64,000 bases of DNA from Octopus vulgaris. Lineage: Eukaryota. The notes under the pieces were generated by a model. The model was not told the origin of the DNA, ran no database searches, and worked only from the letters and a program-made list of their open reading frames with translations. The stretch is from contig OX597817.1 of NCBI GenBank assembly GCA_951406725.2, positions 145,204,001-145,268,000 of the forward strand. Reading direction: 5' to 3'. A program made the translations under genes and the position numbers. Below, one piece after another: positions 41,330 to 54,689 of the stretch; within the stretch, counting starts at the first letter, position 1, and each line of letters begins with the position of its first letter.

Positions 41330-41686
41330 CAGATAGACATAGAAAGATAGACAAGCAGATAGAAAGATATAAAGATAAATTCACTCTTTAAGGTGCAAAA
41401 TTTACCAAAATAGCTGTATTTAGACTAACTTTCACTATGATTCCTAATAATAATTAGACTGTAATTTTCACTGACTGGTTGATCATATTCCATGCATGAC
41501 TGACACTGCCCCTCTTTAACTGCACCTTAACACATCCACACCCACACACATATATATGAAGCATGGGCATGAACCCATCCAAAAACACTGGAAATAATAC
41601 TGCATGTCTAGTGAGTTCTGTTTCCACTTAAAATGGCTACGCAGCTACATGCATAACCAAAGTGCCCTCCTCATATCTGTCTGCAG

Positions 41687-41794
41687 GGCTTGATGATGTG
41701 ATCGGCTCCTCCAGCACTTTCCCTCGCCAGAAGAAGATACAGGAGCCAGCGAAACGTTCTGCCAGTGAGTCAGACATGAATGGCCATATTTTAG
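41687..41794 (+). CDS. MAGI: Probable MAGI linker exon between WW and PDZ (GLDDVIGSSSTFPRQKKIQEPAKRSASESDMNGHIL-G)
   Basis: tctgtctgcAG acceptor and TAG|GTTTGT donor. 108 bp, phase 1-1, stop-free, and a GC-balanced island in an AT-rich intron. No domain homology supports it. Confidence 0.7.
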
Positions 41795-42113
41795 GTTTGT
41801 ACTATCCCTCCTGATGGTCACTGCCATTTCTAATTTGTCTGAAACCCCCTTCAGCTATTTACTGCTCTATTTCTTTTGTTGGACATTTTTTTTAAAACAA
41901 ATAGCCAACAAGGGACTTTAAAAAATAGATTTCTCTTTGAGTATAGGTGTCTGTGATTATGAAGAATTACTAGATGTTACCCCACCCACCCCCTTCCTTT
42001 TATAATAACATCATTGTCCTTATCATCATCATTCTATCATTCATTTGCTTTCCTATGTACTATCATTACCATTGACAATCATTTCATTATCTATTTTTCT
42101 TTCATTCTAATTT

Positions 42114-42144
<31 letters not shown>

Positions 42145-43096
42145 GACACACAAACACATACATGTCTACATACTCATTTACACACATGCATATACACACA
42201 CCTTACTTTGTAACACCTGTATATAACAAAATTAAACAAGAGCATATTCTCTGATATCATCCTCTATTTTCTCATCTTTCTCATTGTTCTGACATCATCT
42301 TCTTTCCCATTGTCTGCCTCATTACTCACTCATCATCTTACCATTTTATATCCCAATACCCACAAAACAATACTCAGAGTATCTTCCTTCATGCCTGCTA
42401 GTTCTATTCCAAATATTCCCAGTCTTCTCCTCTTTATATTTACTTATTTATATATTATTATTATTTACTAATTCCTCATCCCATTATCATCATTAGCTAC
42501 ATCAATCAACATTTCTTCACAAGTTTTCTTGTGTTTTTTTACTTCTTAAGAATTTCTTTCCTTTTTTCAGTTTCCTTCAAATATTTGTTCTTTTTTTATA
42601 TTATTTATTTTATTTGTTTGATATGGTTTTATAGAATGCAATTTTGTTTGCAAAAGTTACTTCAGAATTTCTAGAACTGGTATAATACAACTAAAATATT
42701 TATTGCTCTGAATTATAAACATTAAGTCTTTATTTCACAGTATTTTCAACTTCCTTCTTTAATACTATTGGTTCTCAAAACCATTTTTACCTATGGACCC
42801 TTTTCATTCCTATTTCACTCAGGTGGATCCTCATAGTCATTTGATGTTTAAAAGGTCCAATTATGTCTTTATAATTAAATATTATTAGGAATTTTTAAAA
42901 AAATTTGTTAAAATTTATATGTAATAAATTGTTTATACTTCTATAATATACAAAATATTTTAACAATAAACTCTTATATGGACACCCAAGGGCCATATTG
43001 ATCCCAAAGGCCATATCGACCCAAAGGGCCATATCAAACCTGAATAGTTTCATATTAAGATCTGCTTTATAGTTGTTTCAATTTATAAAATACTGC

Positions 43097-43483
43097 ATCA
43101 TCATCATTTAACGTCTGTTTTCCATGCTAGCATGTGTTGGACGGTTCAACCGGGGTCTGGTAAGCCATGGAGGCTGCACCAGGCTCCAGTCTGATTTGGC
43201 AGTGTTTCTACAGCTGGATGTCCTTCCTAACGCCAACCACTCCATGAGTGTAGTGGGTGTTTTTTACGTGCCACCGGCACAGGGGCCAGAGCAGGCTGGC
43301 AAACGGCCATGATCGGTTATTGCTTTTATGTGTCACCAACACAGACACCAGTCAGGTGGCGCTGGCATCTGCCATGTTCGGACGGTGCTTTTTATGTGTC
43401 ACCGGCACAGGTGTCTTAACTACAATTTCCATTTGAATTTTTATTTTGATATTGACGTGCTTGACTCAATAGGTCTCCTCAAG
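43097..43483 (-). mobile_element. Repeat family C
   Basis: Reverse complement of 28790-29110 with one extra subrepeat. Confidence 0.82.
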
Positions 43484-43804
43484 AACTTCCAACCTAAGAG
43501 AATTCTAGAGTCTCAGGGTAACTCAAGGGGAGAGATCCTTCATAATAGTAATTAAGGCATCCTACTTTATGTGTGTGAAACGTGGACTCTCACTTGCTCT
43601 ATGGCAAAGTCCCATGATGGTTGCTACCTTTGGTGCTCCAAATGGCCTTTAAAGACAAATAGGTATAGAAAATGTCAAATAATTAACTCTATGGTGGCTT
43701 CTCCAAGTTTGTCAAGAAGGTAGCAGGAAGATGGCTGCAGCCAAATCATCGTCTTTGAATTGACCCATGGGAAGGATGAACCATAGTCAATCTCTTAAAA
43801 CCAT

Positions 43805-44174
43805 ACTTTTTTACTTGTTTCAGTCATTTGACTGTGGCCATGCTGGAGCACCACCTTTAGTTGAGCAAATCGACCCCAAGACTTATTCTTTGTAAGCCCA
43901 GTACTTATTCTATCGGTCTCTCTTGCCGAACCGCTAAGTTACGAGAACATAAACACTCCAGCATCGGTTGTCAAGCAATGTTCAGGGGACAAACACACAC
44001 ACACAAACATATACATACACACATATATACATATATACTATGGGCTTCTTTCAGTTTCCGTCTACCAAATCCACTCACAGGGCTTTGGTCGGCCCGAGGC
44101 TATAGTAGGTGCCACGCAGTGGGACTGAACCCGGAACCATGTGGTTGGTAAGCAAGCTTCTTACCACACAGCCA
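43805..44174 (-). mobile_element. SINE family A
   Basis: Colinear with 14697-15090, with a small deletion in the core. Confidence 0.83.
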
Positions 44175-45012
44175 CGGGCAATGATGACACAACTGTTGAT
44201 GAAATCAGAACTCTGATGAGGGTATGTGATATGTAGTGTCCTTCATTATACCCAACACAAGGGCAAGTTGTTGTCAGCAGCTGGTGATGATGATGATGAT
44301 GATGATAATTCAAGATTTGCCGAGGCTGGAAATCACAACCAAATCTACTTAAAATCACACAGCTATGCAGCACCTTGGACCATTGTATTCTTCAATGGGT
44401 TTAAATGCATGCTGGAGCTTTCAAGTTACTCTCGCTTCTCTTCAGTCTCACTTCAGGATGGCTCCCATTGTTAGTTTCAAGTACCATTTTTTTTACCTCT
44501 TCTCAGCTGGAGAGCCATGCAGATAGCTTGGCCGCTAACACTGGAATTGTTTCCCTTGCTTCCATGTTCTTCCTGGTGCAACATGGACGAGTGTCTTCGA
44601 TTGAATCCCTCTGATTCATCAATGTTATGTGAGTGGAATTTAATGGATGGAAACTATGTAGAAGCCCATCTTATGTGTATCTGTGTGTGTGTGTGTGTGT
44701 GTTTCCCCATTATATCAAAAGGTAACTTAGCCAATAGATACATAGGGAATGATAAAATATTGAAAGACTAAAATCCTTAAAGGATGGTGACCCTATGTGG
44801 CTGTAGTTATAATGACTGAAACCAGTAAAACTATATTAAAATATATTTAATTATCTATGTTAATTCATAATTTTGTTGTTAATTACTTTGTTAGTATCTT
44901 TGGTATTTTATTAAATATTTTTACTAAAATTTCTCTTTAGAAAAATTCTTGTTTGTAATCAGTTTTTTTTTTATTACTAATTAATAGCAGTTAAAACTAA
45001 TTAATTATTTGA

Positions 45013-45249
<237 letters not shown>

Positions 45250-45435
45250 TAACGACTGATTTTTTTCTCAGGACATAAAAAGTAAGTCTTCAGAGAAGCA
45301 AAATGAGATGTTGTGAAGTTCATGGTTATTGAAACTGACTTGTTAACTTCCTGTGTGACACAATACAGTACGGGACTGCATCAGTCAACCATTCCTGAAA
45401 CACGATATCTCACCTTGTTTACTGACATTTTAAAG

Positions 45436-45905
45436 CAGGGGTCGCCAAACTTTTTCGACCATCGACCCCCTTTTAGCCACTTCTCCTTCCGCATTGACCA
45501 CTCTCCTCATTTAGAATATCTTAATACCCTACCCTATTGTACCATATCTTAAATACATACCAGGTACTGAATGTTGGCAATTAAAATGTTGGGTAAAATT
45601 AAGAAATTCTATTGAAGATGACACATTTTTTACATTTAGAACTACATGTTCAATTATACAGTTTTATTAGACTTTCAGTTTTTATGAAATTCTTTTTACA
45701 ATTAGAAAATGTGGAAAACTCATCATATTGCTGGAATATCTTTTGAATTGACATAGCGCTAAGTATTCCAAGCAGTTCATCTGGGTGAGCTGGTCTTTCG
45801 TATGCCGACCCCCATTCGACCCCTTGGCTATTATCAACCCACTGTAATTATTCCTCGCCAAAGGGTCACCAAAGGGGATCTCTCGGATGCCCTTTGGCGA
45901 CCCTG
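45436..45905. mobile_element. hAT-type non-autonomous element
   Basis: TIRs CAGGGGTCGCCAAA/TTTGGCGACCCTG with a perfect 8-bp TSD TTTTAAAG (45428-45435, 45906-45913). Confidence 0.88.
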
Positions 45906-46669
45906 TTTTAAAGTAAAGGATTCTCCAACAGAAGGGAGAAAACTCTAATCTTTTTGTTTCATATGTACCTCTCCTGTAATAGAATCATTACAAAATGGGG
46001 CTTTACATTGAGAAAATTATCACTGCCTGGAAACGAACTCGGAATCTTGGGGTTAATAGCCTGCACTCTTAACCACTACACATGATGATAAATAGTTGTT
46101 AATAAGCAAACTGCTTGCCAATAATTTTGAGCTGAAATCCTACTGGACTGAATAAATGAAATTATACTAATTAACTGGTGCAATAAATAATCACTTATTT
46201 AACCCTTCATAACCAGAAATATTTATCAGCAAGGGGTCACTTCTGTTGACTTGCAGGGATAGTGGAACGCCAGTTGTGTGGCACTAATGTTTTTCCTGAG
46301 TACATTAATAAGGGGAATAACAAGTATTGGATGACAAAACCCAAGTTGTGAACTTAGTTTGATGAGAGCTTACCACTGACCAATGCTATGGCCCACAACT
46401 CATATACACCTATACAACTCCCACCCACTTACAACCCACACCTGTAAATATACATACACTTGTCTTGGGGAGAGAAGATGAGATGCTGCACTGAATTGTA
46501 AGTTCATATTTGTTCCAAGCTACATCTTTAAGTAGAGGTACTTAATTATATATATAGCTTGGTACATTTAGCTGGACACACACACACAGACACACTTGCC
46601 TGAAATATTTCCTCTACAGAAAGACACCTATCTCTATCCCTCAATTAAGCTCTAACCTTTCGTTTGACA

Positions 46670-46926
46670 TGAAGTCACTTCTGGTGGTTCCACTCCCTCT
46701 CCCAGCTGAGAGGTCTTTGGCTCACAAGGTACTTGACGACCCCACTGGTGTTCGTGCCACATAAAAAGCATGATGTACACTCTGTAAAATGGTTGGTATT
46801 TGGAAGGGCATCCAGCCATAGAAAACATATTAAAGCAGATAATGGAGACTGGTGCAGCTCTCCAGCCTTGTCAGCTCCTGTCTAACCATTCCAACCCATG
46901 CCAAAATGAATGTTAAATGATGATGT
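46670..46926 (+). mobile_element. Repeat family C-related copy
   Basis: GGAAGGGCATCCAGCCATAGAAA block and (GAT)n tail. Confidence 0.7.
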
Positions 46927-47971
46927 CATAAGAAAAAGGGTAAAATGCTAAACTACCAACCAGGAGCTGAGTTATAAGTTCATATTTCTTCCAAGTATTT
47001 CTCTGTGTCACTAGGCAGAAATATTTAATTCAATATGTCTTCATTTATCCATTTTGGGTAAAATATGTTCAAATTTATTTGGCCATTTTACCTTTTATTA
47101 GCTGGAAAAATAAAAATAAAACTAGATCTAAAATGTTTAGATTAATATCCAGAGAATTAAAAATAATGTCGACTGTTTTTTTCCCTTCCTTTCAAATGGT
47201 TTGCTTTTTGATGGTAAAATTTAATTTCACTTAAATCTGAAGGAATTAATTTTTCAAGAATATTCAAATACATTATTTAATTAATTATTTTCAATGTCAT
47301 ATAGCTTTTATTTATTTTCACTTCATTATATTTTTGGCTCAGGCTAATATCTGTGTAAAATGTTATATACAATGGTACTTGAGATATAAATTATTTGGCT
47401 TTTTTTTATATCTTTGTTTTTTTCTTTTAAATGCATATTCTGCACTGAATTATAAAATCATACTTAGAAAATTTGCTATGAGATACACGTATATTGGGAA
47501 ATATAATTAATCACCCTATTTCTCAATAAATTAAATTTTCTGTTGTATTCATTTTTCTTTTCATACTTTAAATGAAAAGAAAAAAAAGAGGTGAAGAAAA
47601 TTATTTCCTTATTTTAAAAATTTTATCTTATTTTATTTCAATACAATTACAGACCATTTAAAGGGGAAGCAGTGTGTTATCCCCGATAGGTATTCATTCT
47701 AGCTTGTTGACAGACATTCCAATACATACTTGTATATTCTTTAAATATTTCTTGCTCAATGGTAACTAAATTAATTCATAATCTATTCTACAGAAATACA
47801 TATAAAACTTTTAAAAAACAATGTATTTTATTAATTTGTTCTCAAGATGTTTAGCATTCAAAAAGAAGTGGAGAATTGGCAGAGTTGCTGTGAGAGTGTG
47901 GCATTTGTTCTAATTCCCAGTGTACTGAGATCAAATCCTATTAAGCTCAACTTTATCTTTTCAGGCCTTTT

Positions 47972-48080
47972 AAGGCGGCGAGCTGGCAGAAACGTTAGCA
48001 TGCCGAGCGAAATGCTTAGTGGTATTTCGTCTGCCACTACGTTCTGAGTTCAAATTCCGCCAAGGTCAACATTGCCTTGC
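47972..48080 (+). mobile_element. SINE family B 5' fragment
   Basis: Matches 51570-51675. Confidence 0.75.
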
Positions 48081-48892
48081 TATTATTTATAGTTGTATCC
48101 AATTTAAAACCTCCCTTAAAATGGTTTATTCTCTATCACATGAATATAAAATGGTCAGAATCAAAGGAATGATGTGATGTACATATATGTTTTATATGTT
48201 CCAGCCCTTTTCCTTCAGAAAACAACTTCTTTCAGGTGATGTGTGTTCACAACACACTCTGTTCATTGACGTAGCAGGATTTTGAGACACTGGTGTTCCA
48301 ACCTGCTTGTGTCTCTTCAGTCAATGCAATTCTCTTGGGTCATTGAATATGAATAAGAATAGTCATTTTTATAAAATTCAGCAGACGGGTTATTTATTGA
48401 TACATAATAAGTTAAGTTATCATGTGCTTACAAAACAGCAAGAATCAAATTGATGTTGTACATATTCATTCTTATCATGTTGTGGCAGATTTAAACGGCA
48501 ATGAATCAAACGTGTTGTCGACAGACATCATCTGAAAGGAGAAAGTATTCTCTGAAGGTGAAATACAACAGTAATTAACATATTCATATGCAAGTAAACC
48601 AGAATATATTAAGAATGAATATGTACATTATAGATTCATTGTTTATTTTTTTACACATGCTCAGCTGTAATATACATACATCTATAACTAATATGCATAT
48701 ACATGTGTGTGTGGAGAGAAAAGGAGAGATTGCTAAAACATGTTGATCATCTTTGCAGGCCAATTTATCCATATTTTCATCATCTGGCTCATATTCTTTC
48801 TCCAAAGTAAGATAGATAACTAGAGCTCTCATAAATAAGTCTGAGTTATGTAAAACCTGAATGATTGAAGCATAAGATTCAGGGAGTTTTAA

Positions 48893-49069
48893 CCCTTTCA
48901 TTACAACTGTCTTGTTTTCATTAGTTTTGAATTAACATCTTCCACCAAACAATTTATGTTCCTAACACTAGCTTAATTATAACTAAGTTATTTTACTAAA
49001 TTCTTTGTTATATTTAAAGTAATTGAAAGAAATACAGGGCATCTCAACAGAAATACGGTAACAAAAGGG
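48893..49069 (-). mobile_element. Third copy of the TTAA-flanked MITE
   Basis: TTAA-CCCTTT...AAAGGG-TTAA. The internal sequence is the reverse complement of 4575-4794. It ends ~100 bp before the exon at 49171. Confidence 0.8.
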
Positions 49070-49170
49070 TTAAACAGGTTTTTAAGCATTTTCTTTTGCC
49101 TTAATATGATAGAGATTTTAATGTTTTTTTCTCTGGCATCCTGATTCGTATATTTTTCTTCTTCTTGCAG

Positions 49171-49833
49171 GGGATATTCTTGTTTATGTAAATGAAGAGT
49201 GTGTCCTTGGCTATACACACCAGGATGTAATCCTTCTTTTCCAAGCAATACCTCCAGGTGAAGAAGTAAGCCTCACTGTTTGCCGTGGTTACATGCTGCC
49301 ATTTGATCCAGATGATCCAAACACGGAAATTGTAACTCGGGTAGCTGTTTCTTTACCTCCAGACAGTGGAACAACCAACACTGGACCTTCCAATTCAATA
49401 GGTTATGGTAGCAGCGGTAACATGGATCAATTAAATACGTCCCAAAAAAGTCTTAAATCCTTGCCCGATCTAGCTCGATCTGCTGCCGATAACAATTCCA
49501 ATTTAAGTTTTGCTCAACGAAGCCATAGTGGGGATGTCCTTAATACAGACAATACTCCAGATGTCCTCATCCCAAACAGTAATAAACCGGAAATTTTAGT
49601 TGTGAACATTATTCGTGGTGCTACAGGTTTCGGTTTCACCATTGCTGATAGTTCCTACGGTCAACGAGTTAAACAAATATTTGAAAAAACTCGGTGTAAG
49701 AATTTAATGGAAGGTGATATTTTATTGGAAATTAATTCAACAAATGTGAAAGATATGGCTCATGCTGACGTTGTTCAAGTATTGAAGGATTGTCCAAAAG
49801 GAGAAGAGACAGCAATTGTAGTTCAAAGAGGCG
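49171..49833 (+). CDS. MAGI: MAGI exon, rest of that PDZ (GDILVYVN...VCRGY.LPFDPDDP), linker and the next complete PDZ (GFGFTIADS..GQRVKQI...VQRGG)
   Basis: cttcttgcAG acceptor and G|GTAGGT donor, phase 1-1. CRGYxLPFDPDDPN and GFGFTIADSxxGQRVKQI are MAGI hallmarks. Overlaps ORF 49293-50015. Confidence 0.96.
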
Positions 49834-50013
49834 GTAGGTCTTATTCTACATCTACCTTTCTAATTTTTTTTGTGTGTGATTTCAATTTGTGTGTAGGTGA
49901 CTCAAAGGTTATGATTTTAAACCTTGTCATTGGTATTATCTTGTTCCATAATTCAAAAACATTTATTCTGCTTTCTTCAGTCTACCTGCTTTTTTTAGCT
50001 TATAGCTGGCATT

Positions 50014-50837
50014 AAATGTACCACCATGCATTTTGGGAGGAAAAACCCAGCGTCTACTTACTCCCTCCACAACACTAATCTCAAAAAGTCTACTTGTGTA
50101 CGTGACCTGGGAATTATTGTCGACAGTGATTTGCGTTGGACAAAACACATTGCTAAAATTGCCAAGAAGGCTGAGGGTGTCTTGGCATCACTCACCAAGT
50201 CCTTTGTGATCCACTCTCTGGCTATCTATCTGTGGCTTTATTTAGCTATGGTATGACCTCACCTTGCATTTGCATCACCGGTCTGGAACCCCTATCTTGC
50301 CCAGGATATTAATCATCTGGAAGTCATTCAGCAATGTGCAACCAAGAGAATACCCTCTATCAAGCATTTGCCATATTCTGAATGCCTTACTTCCCTGAGC
50401 ATGGATACATTGAAACTCCGACGTCTGGCAGATGACTTGGCAGACACCCATAAAATTATTAACCATCTTACTAACAATAACTCTGAGCACCTTTTCAAAC
50501 TCCACCTGTCTAACACCCGTGGATATGTTTACAAAGTCAGAAAACAGCACAGCTCCCATGACTTTCAGAAACATTTTTTTCACACTAAGAGTTGCTGAAG
50601 CATGGAACAAACTGCCAGCATCAGTTGTTAGTTGTCGGAGCACTGCATCCTTCAAATCTTCCATGCTTCCTGAGATTCACCAACACTACACCTGATTTTC
50701 TCCCCTCCATACACACGCAAGCATGTATCTGACTCATACACTGTTCACTTCCCAGACATTTGTACATTACTGCATATGCTTTATATGCACTTTTGACAAG
50801 TTGTGGTGCACCTGAGCACTGTATACAATAATTTCAT
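50014..50837 (+). mobile_element. 5'-truncated CR1-group LINE: ORF2 C-terminus and 3' UTR
   Basis: RDLGIIVDSDLRW..HI, V*PHL.FASPVWNPY and RVAEAWNKLP motifs with a stop and a frameshift. The tail ends TATACAATAATTTCAT. Confidence 0.88.
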
Positions 50838-51569
50838 GTTAATTTATGTTCCAACACCATCTTAATAAAGGCAATTATTTTACTAAATTCTTCTTTATTT
50901 TCAAAATTCATTGAAGTGTAGGCAGAGGTATTTTTGTTTGGAATATAGCAATGAATATCACCCAAAACTGCTAAAAATAAAAATCTTTCTGCTGTTTTTA
51001 GATATTCACCATTTGCTTAAATCTAAAATCATCAAAGACTATATACCACCAGGAGGATGACTGTGACTGGAACACTGATAAATAATTAGTTAATTAATTT
51101 GAGCTTGTTTGACCAGATCGGACAGGAATTAATCAACAGTGACAACCACAATTAGAACAAGGCACTTACTCAAAGTGGAACACAGTGTTATCAAATCTGA
51201 AACTACATAGTCGCAAAGCAAGCTTCTTAACCACACAGCCAAGCCTGCACCTATAAATATTTACCTAAAGATGATTTCAATTAAGGCGATCAGTTCATTT
51301 TCTTCGTAATCAATCATTGACCGCCAGTTCGGCAAAGCTAACAAACAGCTGCTTTAGTAGACTTCAAGGGAGGCAATCCACTGTCTCAAACTTTCGTGTA
51401 TTTACGTACCTTGATATTGATTTCGCTCATTGTTATTTCAAATTCACTGATCGCTAAACTTATTATTTTTAAATCGAGATGGAAATGGATAAGGAATTCC
51501 TTATTGTTATTTGCACTGTTTGTGCCAGATTTATTTTCGTTTAATGTTGGCTTCAAGGATGATACTCAA

Positions 51570-51789
51570 AGGCGGCGAGCTGGCAGAAACGTTAGCACGC
51601 CGGGCGAAATGCGTAGCCGTATTTCGTCTGCCGCTACGTTCTGAGTTCAAATTCCGCCGAGGTCGACTTTGCCTTTCATCCTTTCGGGGTCAATTAAATA
51701 AGTACCAGTTACGCACTGGGATCGATGTAATCGACTTAATACGTTTGTCTGTCCTTGTTTGTCCCCTCTGTATGTAGTTAAGAAATAAG
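51570..51789 (+). mobile_element. SINE family B, young CpG-rich copy
   Basis: Near-identical to 15329-15562 with CpGs intact. Confidence 0.85.
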
Positions 51790-52186
51790 GGTGATACTCA
51801 TATTAATCAAATATGTCATAATGGACTGTTAATGTAATGCCATGTTGTATTTTTTTTTATATGATTACTGTATTCTTTATTAAACATGAGTGGGAGTGAA
51901 ATGAGAATGGTGAAATGGTGAAAGCAAGAAATACAGGGAAAAAAATCAGAAAAATTATTGTAGGGAGTTATGGTTCAATAGTTATCTATTTGTGAAGCTA
52001 TTTGATCTCAGATCAGCAGACATATTATTATAAACAATACGCCCATGACCATCCTGACTTTTTAGTTCATTTACAACTACATTATCCAGTGTATCCTTCC
52101 CTCTTCTTGAAATATGATAGGTTGTGATTTGCAAGAGGATTTGACTGTTATTTCTAGTAGGTTGAGTGGCATCCTAGAACAGTGCT

Positions 52187-52559
52187 TCTTTTATCTCTTA
52201 TTTGTTTAAGTCCTTAGTCTGTGACCATGCTGGAGCATTGTCTCAATGAATTTTTAGTTGAATCAATCCACCGTGGTACTTATTTTTTTTAAAGCTTGAC
52301 ACTTCTATCAGTCTCTTTTGCCAAACCACTAAGTCACAGGGACGTAAATACACAAACACTAGTTGTCAAATGATGATTTGGACACTCACACACACGATGG
52401 GTTTCTTTCAGTTCCCGTCTACCAAATCCACTCACAAGGTTTTGGTCAGCCCGAGGCTATAGTAGACGGACACTTGCCCAAAATGTTACACAGTGGGAAT
52501 GAACCCGGAACCATGTGGTTGGTAAGCAAGCTACTTACCACACAGCCACTCCTGTGCCT
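52187..52559 (-). mobile_element. SINE family A, diverged 3' body
   Basis: Colinear with 14697-15090. Confidence 0.75.
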
Positions 52560-52870
52560 GTATACAGTGCTCAAGTGCATTACAACTTGTCAGAAAAGAG
52601 TAAAAGAGCAGACAAAAAGCAGCAATGAGGAAATAAAGACAAGCAATGAAGGCTAGAAGTATATGCACAGTACACAGGAATGAACACAGAAAGACAGAAA
52701 AGTGAGGAGTAAAATAGCCATAAAGAGGAAAGGGTGCTTAGGCAGGTAGGAGTAGTGTTGGTAAATTTTGAGAAGGACAGAATCTTTGAAGGATGGAATG
52801 TCCTGATAGCTACAAACAATGGAGTTAGTTTCTTCCATGCTTTGACAATCCTGAGCAAAAAATAATTTAC
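52559..52870 (-). mobile_element. Diverged CR1-group LINE 3' end
   Basis: TGTATACAGTGCTCA.GTGCA terminus, and ORF 52580-52927 contains LRIVKAWKKL. Confidence 0.65.
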
Positions 52871-53014
52871 TCTACCCAAATGATGAAGATAAATATTTAA
52901 GGTTTTAAAAAATAAAAACCTATTCATGAGTTACAACCACCCAGTTTCTTTAATATTAAATGAAGGGGAGGCTCTTGATGAAGTCGTATGGGTGTTGTCA
53001 TCACATTACATGTG

Positions 53015-53320
53015 GTGTGGAGGCACATGGCCGAGTGGTTAGAGCAGCGGACTCGCAGTCGAGGGATCGCAGGTTCGAATTTCAGACCGGGCGATGTGTG
53101 TGTTCTTGAGCAAAACACCTAAGCTCCATGCGGCTCCAGCAGAAGGTAATGGCAAACTTTTGCTGACTCTTTCGCCACAACTTTCTCTCACTCTTTCCTC
53201 CTGCATCTTGCAGATCACCTGCGACAGACTGGCATCCCATCCAGGTGGGGAACCTATACGCCAAGGAAACCGGGAAACCGGCCCTTATGAGCCAGGCATG
53301 TCTCAAAAAGGAACAAACAA
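53015..53320 (+). mobile_element. tRNA-derived SINE family E
   Basis: Clear A box TGGCCGAGTGGTTAG and B box GGTTCGAAT. A related minus-strand fragment lies at 16342-16468. Confidence 0.8.
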
Positions 53321-54332
53321 ATTACATGTGGTGGAGTTCATCTATCGCCATGTTTGAACTTAGCTAATTTTGTTCTAGAGACAGAGAGTGAAGAATTGAC
53401 CTCAGTACTAGAACTGGAAAATAGGAATAGAAAAGTTGACCTTGGTGTGATTTGAACTCAGGGAGCCAGTGAACAATACCACAAGACTTTCATTGTATCC
53501 AAAACTCAAAGAATTCTGCCAACTCACTACATATATTAAATGATTGAGATATAAATCTCTGCTTGGACAGAATTCAAGTTCTTTACATAAGAGGTTTGAT
53601 GCCTATTCTAAGACGGATAGAATTCTCTTGCCAAGAAATAATACAATCTTTGAGGTTGACTGGGAAACGTTATTGTCTCTACTTGAAATATTTATAGAAC
53701 ATTACAGCTGGTTAAAGACCTGGACAGTAATATATCGTAGATTGTATGAGGAAAAATATTGATATGATATGATTGTATTAGCACAGATATGTGTAGAGAT
53801 TAAAGACATAATGCAGACTGAGAAAAAAATGCTGCTGGTTGAAAGAATGTAACTGGAATTATGGTAATGGTTATAGTAGAGATAGATTAACTCTTTTATT
53901 ACCACATATATTTCTGTTGAAATAACACTGCTTTTGTTTCAGTTAATTCTGGACTAGACCTGGAACAGAGAGGGCATCTCTCTTATGAGGTCACAATGGC
54001 AACAAAAGGACCTTGTCAAACCTAAGTGGTTGATTGATTGACTGAACAATTAATCAAACAATCAATTAGTTAACTAACTAAATGGTTATCCAATTGATAA
54101 ATAATGAAGTGACATAGAACCAGTGCATGTGTTTATTATTCACATAATGACCCTCCCAAGATACAACAAAATATTGGGAAAATATATTGGTAAAAATATG
54201 TTGGTAATATTTCGTTTTTGGATTTGGTTTGCAAGATTCTTTACGTGAGTTCGTGTGTTGAAGCGTATTCTGTTGTGCCTGGGGAGAGTCATTTTTTTTT
54301 GTGCTTTTGGTAATATATATTGGTAAAATATA

Positions 54333-54583
54333 TTGGGTTGGTGCATAATTATTGTGGCTTTTTTTCAACAAATTTTATTCAACAAAAACAATAACAACAT
54401 GTAGCAAAAACATCTTTAAATGATTATTTCGGAGCATGTTTACTATCTACTTCAATTACTGCTTTCTGTTTGCTTGGCAGACGGTCAAACCATCATTTAA
54501 AGATGTTTTTGTTAAATATTGTTATAGATTTTGTTGAATAAAACTTGTTGAAAAAAATCCGCAATAATTATGCACCAACCCAA
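54333..54583. mobile_element. mariner-type MITE with ~90-bp TIRs
   Basis: TTGGGTTGGTGCATAATTATTG.../...CAATAATTATGCACCAACCCAA. TA on the left, TG on the right. Confidence 0.85.
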
Positions 54584-54648
54584 TGTTAGATGAACGTATC
54601 TTTGATACTGAATATATGGAATAAATTTATGTTGTTTTTATCTATCAG

Positions 54649-54689
54649 GAATTTCGTCTCCTGGGAAAACCCGAAAACCAGCAAAATTG
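54649..54689 (+). CDS. MAGI: Small 41-bp MAGI linker exon (GISSPGKTRKPAKL)
   Basis: tctatcAG acceptor and TTG|GTAAGT donor. Phase 1 to 0, in frame with both neighbouring exons. Confidence 0.75.

Noticed and set aside
44213-44262. CTGATGA followed by a GGGTAT/ATACCC stem (hammerhead-like)
   Set aside because: The stem is followed by AACAC rather than GAAA, with no convincing stem III, UH site or stem I.
53020-53092. tRNA gene
   Set aside because: A and B boxes are present, but the acceptor stem does not close and the sequence continues into a SINE body, so it is a SINE head.
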